From Minutocellus sp. GHC0000111 (Eukaryota), in NCBI GenBank assembly GCA_977018835.1, contig OZ361256.1, positions 3,286,001 through 3,350,000 of the forward strand: a stretch of DNA of 64,000 bases, in the 5' to 3' direction. This document shows, piece by piece, positions 58,015 through 64,000 of this stretch. A program made the translations under genes and the position numbers. The stretch's first letter is position 1. The number at the start of each line of letters is the position of its first letter. The notes below the pieces were generated by a model, which did not search any database, was not told the origin of the DNA, and was given only the letters and a program-made list of their open reading frames with translations.

Positions 58015-58300
58015 TTTTTTACTAGCTCTAGTCTAGCTACTAGCTAGAGTATGCTGAATAAATGCCGAGATGCCGAGATATGACGTTATGACCTGCGATG
58101 CCTGCATGGCCGGATGAGAAATACTGAGCTCATGAGCATCTTTGGGGCGTCCCCCCTGCTATTTTTCATTAGCAGTTGTGCTCTGTTTTTTGTGTCAAAG
58201 TATAGAGGGGCTATCATATTCGATACCAGCTCATCGACCCAACACATCTCGTGCTTATGCTTTTCATAAAACGTTGCACAGTCCATGAAAGCCAGGCACC

Positions 58301-60079
58301 ATGATGCGTCATCGGCGAAGGCAACGCAGTAGTCTGACTGCTAGATCATTCGTGCTGGTCTTTCTTTCCATTGCTCTAATAACCGCATGCTCATCATCCG
58401 TAACAGTGGCCAATGCCCTCTCCCTCTCCGCCGCTGCGCCCAAGCCCAAGGCCATCGTCGTCGGTGCCGGACCAGTGGGAGTCACCACGGCCCTCACTCT
58501 GTCCTCGGCCCCGCACAACTACGACGTGGCGCTGTTGGAATCGGCGCCCGAAGTATCCTCCCAGTACGACCCATCCAAGGCATTCCTGTACAATGTCAAT
58601 CTTCGTGGTCAGGCATTGACGTCGAAGTTTCCAAGCATGCAGGCCAAGCTGGCTGACAGGGGCGTGCCAAGTGCCGGATTTGGTGGGGTGGCTCTGACGG
58701 TTGTTCCGGCCGATCCCAACAAGCCACTGCCGAAAAAGGAGGACAAGGTGGCCGGCGGTGTGGATAACAAAGAGGAAGAGCCATCATCGGATGATGACAA
58801 TGAGGAGAAGAAGAAAAAGAGCGAAAAGACCTCGCCCAAAGCGAGCTACTGGATCCCCCGCCATGCCATGGTGCAGCTCATGCTGGAATGCGTCCAGGAG
58901 CACAATGCCGAATGCAGCAGCAATGCGGAATTGGGACGGATCGATTACTGCCCCGGTACGGAATGTCAATCGATCCGTCCCTCGTCGGATGATTCCTGCG
59001 TGGTCGTTACCACCGTGGACAAGTCGACGGGACAAACCATCAAGCGTCATGCCACGCTGCTGGTCGGTGCCGATGGCATGAACAGCCGAGTGCGCGAGTG
59101 CTTGGCGTCCCAAAACGCCACCGAGTTCGCCAGCTGGTCGAATTACAAGCCGGAAAAGTTTCAGCTGCGAAAATGGACGTCGCCGTCATCGCACCAACGG
59201 ATCAAGGTGCCGCCTCGCTTTCAGATACCCGACGGGGAGGGTGGGGCACTCACCACCAAGAGCGATAGCATCTATGCCATCCGATCGATCTACACCGGGC
59301 CGCGCAACTATCTGAGCTTGGGACTGCTCCCCATGAAGGATGACAATGCCGTCCGACCAACCAACATCGTTACGAGGCCGGATCATGAGATATGGAAGAT
59401 CAAGGATGGGGAGGGGGTGAGGCAGTGGTTCGAGAAGGCATATCCACGAATGCCCTTTGGGAAGGATGGTTGGATGATACCCGATGAGGAGTGGGATCGC
59501 TTCGCCAAGGCCGAGGGGACGAGGTTCCCGCACTGCCAATACTCGCCAGGAATGGACATCAGCAATGACAAAGGCACGTGTGGCATTGCTCTCGTTGGTG
59601 ATGCCATCCATGCATTCCCTCCGGATATTGGGCAGGGAGTCAACGCTGGCCTTGCGGACGTTGTGGCGCTGGACATGGCTTTGCAGGGCAAGGATACTGT
59701 AACGGGCGAGGATGCAGCTGACGAAGACGAAAGTTTGACCTTGAAATCCAACATTGACCGCTATCAAAATCAGCACGAAGCCGAAATAGCGTCGCTGATA
59801 CGCCTGGCACGATTTGGTGCTCCGTACCAGTACAAACAACCCCATCGGATCGACGTGATCCGTCGGAAGATCTGGACGGCAAATGTCATCCTACGATTAT
59901 TATTATATAAGCTCACCTTGGGGTTGGTGCCGGCGCAGTGCATCATGCTTAGTCAGGACCCAAAGCTAACGTTCCGTCAGGTAATGAGACGAGCAGATCT
60001 CACTGCCTTGTCGTTCAAAGCGATTGCATTAGCAGTAATGGGAACTTTGCTGAGGAAAAGGTTTGGTTTGTCCGCATAA
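58301..60079 (+). CDS. FAD-dependent monooxygenase, kynurenine-3-monooxygenase-like, with N-terminal targeting peptide
   Basis: GAGPVG, LVGADGMNSRVR and LVGDAIHAFPPDIGQGVNAGLAD. Confidence 0.85.
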   Translation: MMRHRRRQRSSLTARSFVLVFLSIALITACSSSVTVANALSLSAAAPKPKAIVVGAGPVGVTTALTLSSAPHNYDVALLESAPEVSSQYDPSKAFLYNVNLRGQALTSKFPSMQAKLADRGVPSAGFGGVALTVVPADPNKPLPKKEDKVAGGVDNKEEEPSSDDDNEEKKKKSEKTSPKASYWIPRHAMVQLMLECVQEHNAECSSNAELGRIDYCPGTECQSIRPSSDDSCVVVTTVDKSTGQTIKRHATLLVGADGMNSRVRECLASQNATEFASWSNYKPEKFQLRKWTSPSSHQRIKVPPRFQIPDGEGGALTTKSDSIYAIRSIYTGPRNYLSLGLLPMKDDNAVRPTNIVTRPDHEIWKIKDGEGVRQWFEKAYPRMPFGKDGWMIPDEEWDRFAKAEGTRFPHCQYSPGMDISNDKGTCGIALVGDAIHAFPPDIGQGVNAGLADVVALDMALQGKDTVTGEDAADEDESLTLKSNIDRYQNQHEAEIASLIRLARFGAPYQYKQPHRIDVIRRKIWTANVILRLLLYKLTLGLVPAQCIMLSQDPKLTFRQVMRRADLTALSFKAIALAVMGTLLRKRFGLSA

Positions 60080-60143
60080 GTATTTCATTATAGAGATTTA
60101 AACATACACTTAATATGAAATAGAGCTACAGTGCCACTTTAGT

Positions 60144-61807
60144 TCAAGGCCACGATGGCGTTGAGTAACTGGGATCCTTGTCCTCGATTTTGGCCTCATA
60201 CTCGATCCGGACGCCTCCCTCTTCGCCCGCACATTCCTCATCGCCCTCCTCCTCTGACGCACCAAACGGAAGAAATCCACATAACTCTTCCTCCTTGGAC
60301 TGCCTTGACGCTTCGTCTTCTTCGGCCGACTTTGCCGAATGTGTGCTAGAGATTGAGTTTCGAACGAATTTACCAACGATACCAAGTGGGTTAGGTTTTA
60401 CTTGTGAGGCTGCCTTCTCTGTCTTCTCCAGCATCTCTTGCTGATATTCAAGAGCTTCGTTCATCAGTAGGCCGACAATCTCATCGAGGGGCAGCATGGA
60501 TATTTCGGAAAATTTCAGCAGGAAGCAGCTGAATTCCCTGATATCAAGTTCTTGATTGCCATCGTCGACCTCGGCGAAAATATCCATATTCTCTCCCTGA
60601 GTCACTGTGAGACTCTCCACAAGAATTAGTCGATGCATGACGTGCATCAATTCGCTCTTGTCCAGAGCGCCACTGCCATCTGCGTCAAATGTGGAGAAAA
60701 GCTCAGGTAGATGCTTGAACGCAACGTTGTACTCTTCGGTGTCTGCGCCAGCTTGGTGCCGCTGCACTTGGACGTTGTTTTCGTGCGCCTCGGCCACTTT
60801 CTCCGCGAGGTTGAGGAGGAACCCCGTTAGCTCATCCAGAGGTACGCCCGTTACCAGCGAAAACCGTGACATGAATACGGCGAATTCGTTTCTGTCAAGT
60901 GAATCATCGTCTTCTGGACAAATGCCATCCAGTAGTTCCAGGCACTCGGCCAATGAAACTTTCACATCCACAACCTTGCGACGGAATGCCTTGACGCAGG
61001 CAGCGATCTCGTTGCGGTCAAGGCATCCTGAGTTGTCAAGATCCAATAAATCAAAAAGGTTGTGCATTTGGTCCCATCCCCGGATCTGGGATGACATGTT
61101 GAAATGTGAGCTCTTTGTTCCGGGAATGCTCATAGATTCCTCGTGAAGAACGAACGATTCTCCACCACTCAATTCCTGCGAAGATCGATCGGTTATACTT
61201 TGAGTGCAGGCGGATGCCATTTCTTCAAGTGCAGTGCCAGCTGCCTTGCACAGACGCAGAAAGAAATATCCAAATTCTTTTCGATCGAGCTGTGTTTAAA
61301 CGAAATGCAGGATGTAAGATCCAGAAAAATGTTTAGTGACTTTGTTGTAGTCTCACATGAAACATGGCAAAAAAGTGACGGACTTACCTGGGGAGAATAA
61401 CTCGTCGCGACACGGACAGCATCAACGACACGGCCCAGATCCTTGAACGAAAGTTTACAAATATTCTTATCGATATATCGCTTCACACGATTCTCCAGCT
61501 CGGTGGCCTCGATGGTCCCATTGCCATCGACGTCCCACAGGTCGAACAAACCATAGGTCGAATCCCAGTCGTTTTGGGTCGAAATGGACAAGACGCTGGA
61601 TCGGCGCCTCTCGATACCTCTGCCCTTTGGACGGCTCAGCACGCCCGGCACGACTTCCTCCGTTTCGATGTTGGTCGATGACGAAGACGAATCATCGTTG
61701 GGGTTGCTGTGACTTCGTCGAAAGCTGCTTCGAACTGAGGCCGAACCTGGCCTGCTCCTCTCTTGACTTGAGGAGTTGGCGATCTCCATCGCCGTCAAGT
61801 TGCTCAT
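60144..61807 (-). CDS. Multi-EF-hand calcium-binding protein; exons 61807-61388 and 61289-60144
   Basis: EF loops DVDGNGTIEATE, DLDNSGCLDRNE and DADGSGALDKSE. A 98-nt GTAAGT..CAG intron keeps frame. Confidence 0.85.
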
Positions 61808-62223
61808 CCTCTGCTCTAATGGTGTTGGTATGTCAGTCGATGCAATGTAACTTGTTCGGCATAAATTCTTGCACCTCTGGGCTCCTCTGATCTATCTCGG
61901 CCTGCGACTTCGCGTTTTGCAGTTTTGCAGTTGGCAGGACATAACAGGGGAAAACATTTATGGCCGCGCGTGCATAAATAATGATGGTGCGACAACCACC
62001 CTTGGGTGCGAACCCTTCGCTTCTGTGTCGATTGAGTCGACAACGTGGCCGGCTGGCATGGCTGGAGCATCGCTCCCGCCAATGGTCTTGGATCACCCAT
62101 TCTCATCATGTGTTGGTGGATCTTGACATGGTAATGAATACCTAATGGTTACGGTGGCGAGTTACTACGCACTTGCGCTCTTTCTTAACCAACGCGACCA
62201 GAAAATTAATTCAGCTACCGAGC

Positions 62224-64000
62224 ATGTTCTCATCCGCTACTTCGAAGGCTACTTTGGCCCTTCTGGCACTTCTGATCTTCCTTACACTTATTGCATCCAT
62301 GTGGCATGTGGCGCCTCTGGTTCACAATCTTCCGCCATCCTTTGATCTGTATTCTACTGAATATGACGCTGCTGATATCCGAGCGCCGACTGCTGTCGGT
62401 TGGAGACTCCGTCTAATAACCAGAATCATCGTCTCCAGTCCCCTCGGCGACTTCTTGGCTCGGGCACTGTTGGTAAAGAATGGCGTGCCACAGCTCGTGG
62501 ACTTTGCAGAGGAAATATCAAAGGATCTAGAAAACGACCACCCCAACGGAAAGGAATACATCATTGGCGAGCCACCCCTAATCCGACTGTCACCTGCCGA
62601 CTATGCATGGCACGACGACGCAGCAAGGGCAGAGCCAAAAGAGGCAGCAAAGCGGTTGGAGGCCCACAGTATCCAAAACAACGAGACGTGTGACTCCAAT
62701 ACCAAAAAGAAGTACAATTCCATTTACGACTATCATCGAGCATATGCAGGAAACATCACAACTCCGTCGAAAGTGATTGCCAAACTGTTGGCTTTTATCA
62801 ACAAGACGGATTCAATATTGAGATGTGTTGAGAGCACGGACGTTGATGGTGCGACATTGGCCGCAGAGGCATCCTTAAAGAGATGGAGAGATGGAGAACA
62901 ACGGGGCATTTGGGACGGAGTACCTGTTATGGTGAAGCCTGAAGTAATGGTTCAAGCTTTGCCGTATACATCGGGGAAACAATTCCGGGACGACAACTCG
63001 GACGTTGCGGCATATGATGATATAAATATCAAACGGTTAAAGGACGCAGGTGCAATTGTTGTCGCTTACACGACGATGCACGAGCTTGGAGTTCAACCCA
63101 CGGGCTACAGCCCATGGCATGGAGGTCCTAACAACCCACATGCTCTAAATCACTTTTCTGGTGGGTCTTCGAGTGGCTCGGCGGTGGCAGTGGCGACTGG
63201 CATGGTCCCCATAGCCCTGGGTCAGGATGGCGGTGGCAGTATTCGGATACCAGCAGCTTGGTCTGGCACAGTCGGTCTAGCCGCTGGGTATGGTCGCATA
63301 CCGTTTCGCAAGGGCAAGGAAAATATATATATTCACAGTCGCCAAGGCAGGTGTTCTGACTGCTACTGTCGATGACTCGCTGGAAGCTCTGCTTCTTATT
63401 GGACAGGATGTATCGGAGGAAGAAGGTGCTGACAACCATCCCATCCATGTCTCATACGGAGGCAACGGTATACCGCCTCCCCATTCTCGACCTCGATGGT
63501 CGAATGCACTTATGGATCGTCCGATTCGGATTGGAATATACTGGGACTGGGTAAGACACCGCCCTTCCGTGGCGTATGCTGGGACTACAGGCAGAGACGA
63601 CGCGGTTTATAAATCGTTCGTTGAAATGATCGACACACTAAAGGAAAACGGTGCTGGCAACGGTAGGAGTTTGAGGTAGTTAAGATCACTCTTCACCACC
63701 TGAGCACACAGGCCTTGGTCCGCGGTATACTCATTACAAGCATGTTTAGTTTCGCTCAAGTCAATGAGCTCTATCGAGGCAAGAACAGAAGGCAAAGTGC
63801 TCGATTGGACGACGACTTGCAACCTGCGACGGAAGTTCAGATCAAACTTGGTAGTCAGATCACAGCCCTGGAGATTATGGCCAGTTATCGGATTAGAAAT
63901 TGGGCGTTGGCTCAATGGAGGGCTGTTCTACAAGACGTGGACGTGATACTGGCGCCTACAACGCCGATGACGGCACTGGTTCGACCACCCAGTAGCGATG
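62224..64000 (+). pseudogene. Amidase-signature enzyme (FAAH-like), frameshifted, 3'-partial
   Basis: DGVPVMVK, GGSSSGSAVAV and GQDGGGSIRIPA. Shift in the (AT)n run near 63325, with further shifts beyond 63670. Confidence 0.85.

Overview
Eukaryotic nuclear DNA, almost certainly from a diatom or close stramenopile. The evidence is an Lhcf fucoxanthin-chlorophyll a/c antenna gene, several signal-peptide + (A/S)F bipartite plastid leaders, and short GT-AG introns. About 38 gene loci are densely packed. They include a membrane-anchored methyltransferase/FAD-oxidoreductase fusion, an FMO, an APC amino-acid transporter, patatin, AMT1, Lhcf, an AFG3-type m-AAA FtsH, MOSC/mARC, an SDR, a KMO-like monooxygenase, an EF-hand protein and an amidase. 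Three things stand out. (1) About half of the loci are disabled. Some lesions are homopolymer frameshifts that could be read errors, but others are in-frame stops, multi-base deletions and apparent gene-to-gene deletion junctions, so this looks like a decaying duplicate or haplotype. (2) There are several non-autonomous DNA transposons with readable TIRs and TSDs: two MITEs sharing one TA, and a Harbinger-like element with a nested MITE. There is also a probable truncated LTR retroelement. (3) TA-x-x'-TA palindromes (TACATGTA, TACCGGTA, TAGCTA, TACGTA, TACCTAGGTA) are pervasive, their cores match the terminal bases of the local MITEs, and one frameshifts the FMO gene, suggesting accumulated excision footprints. 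No rRNA, tRNA or CRISPR array was recognised. All family calls are by eye from motifs; no searches were run.
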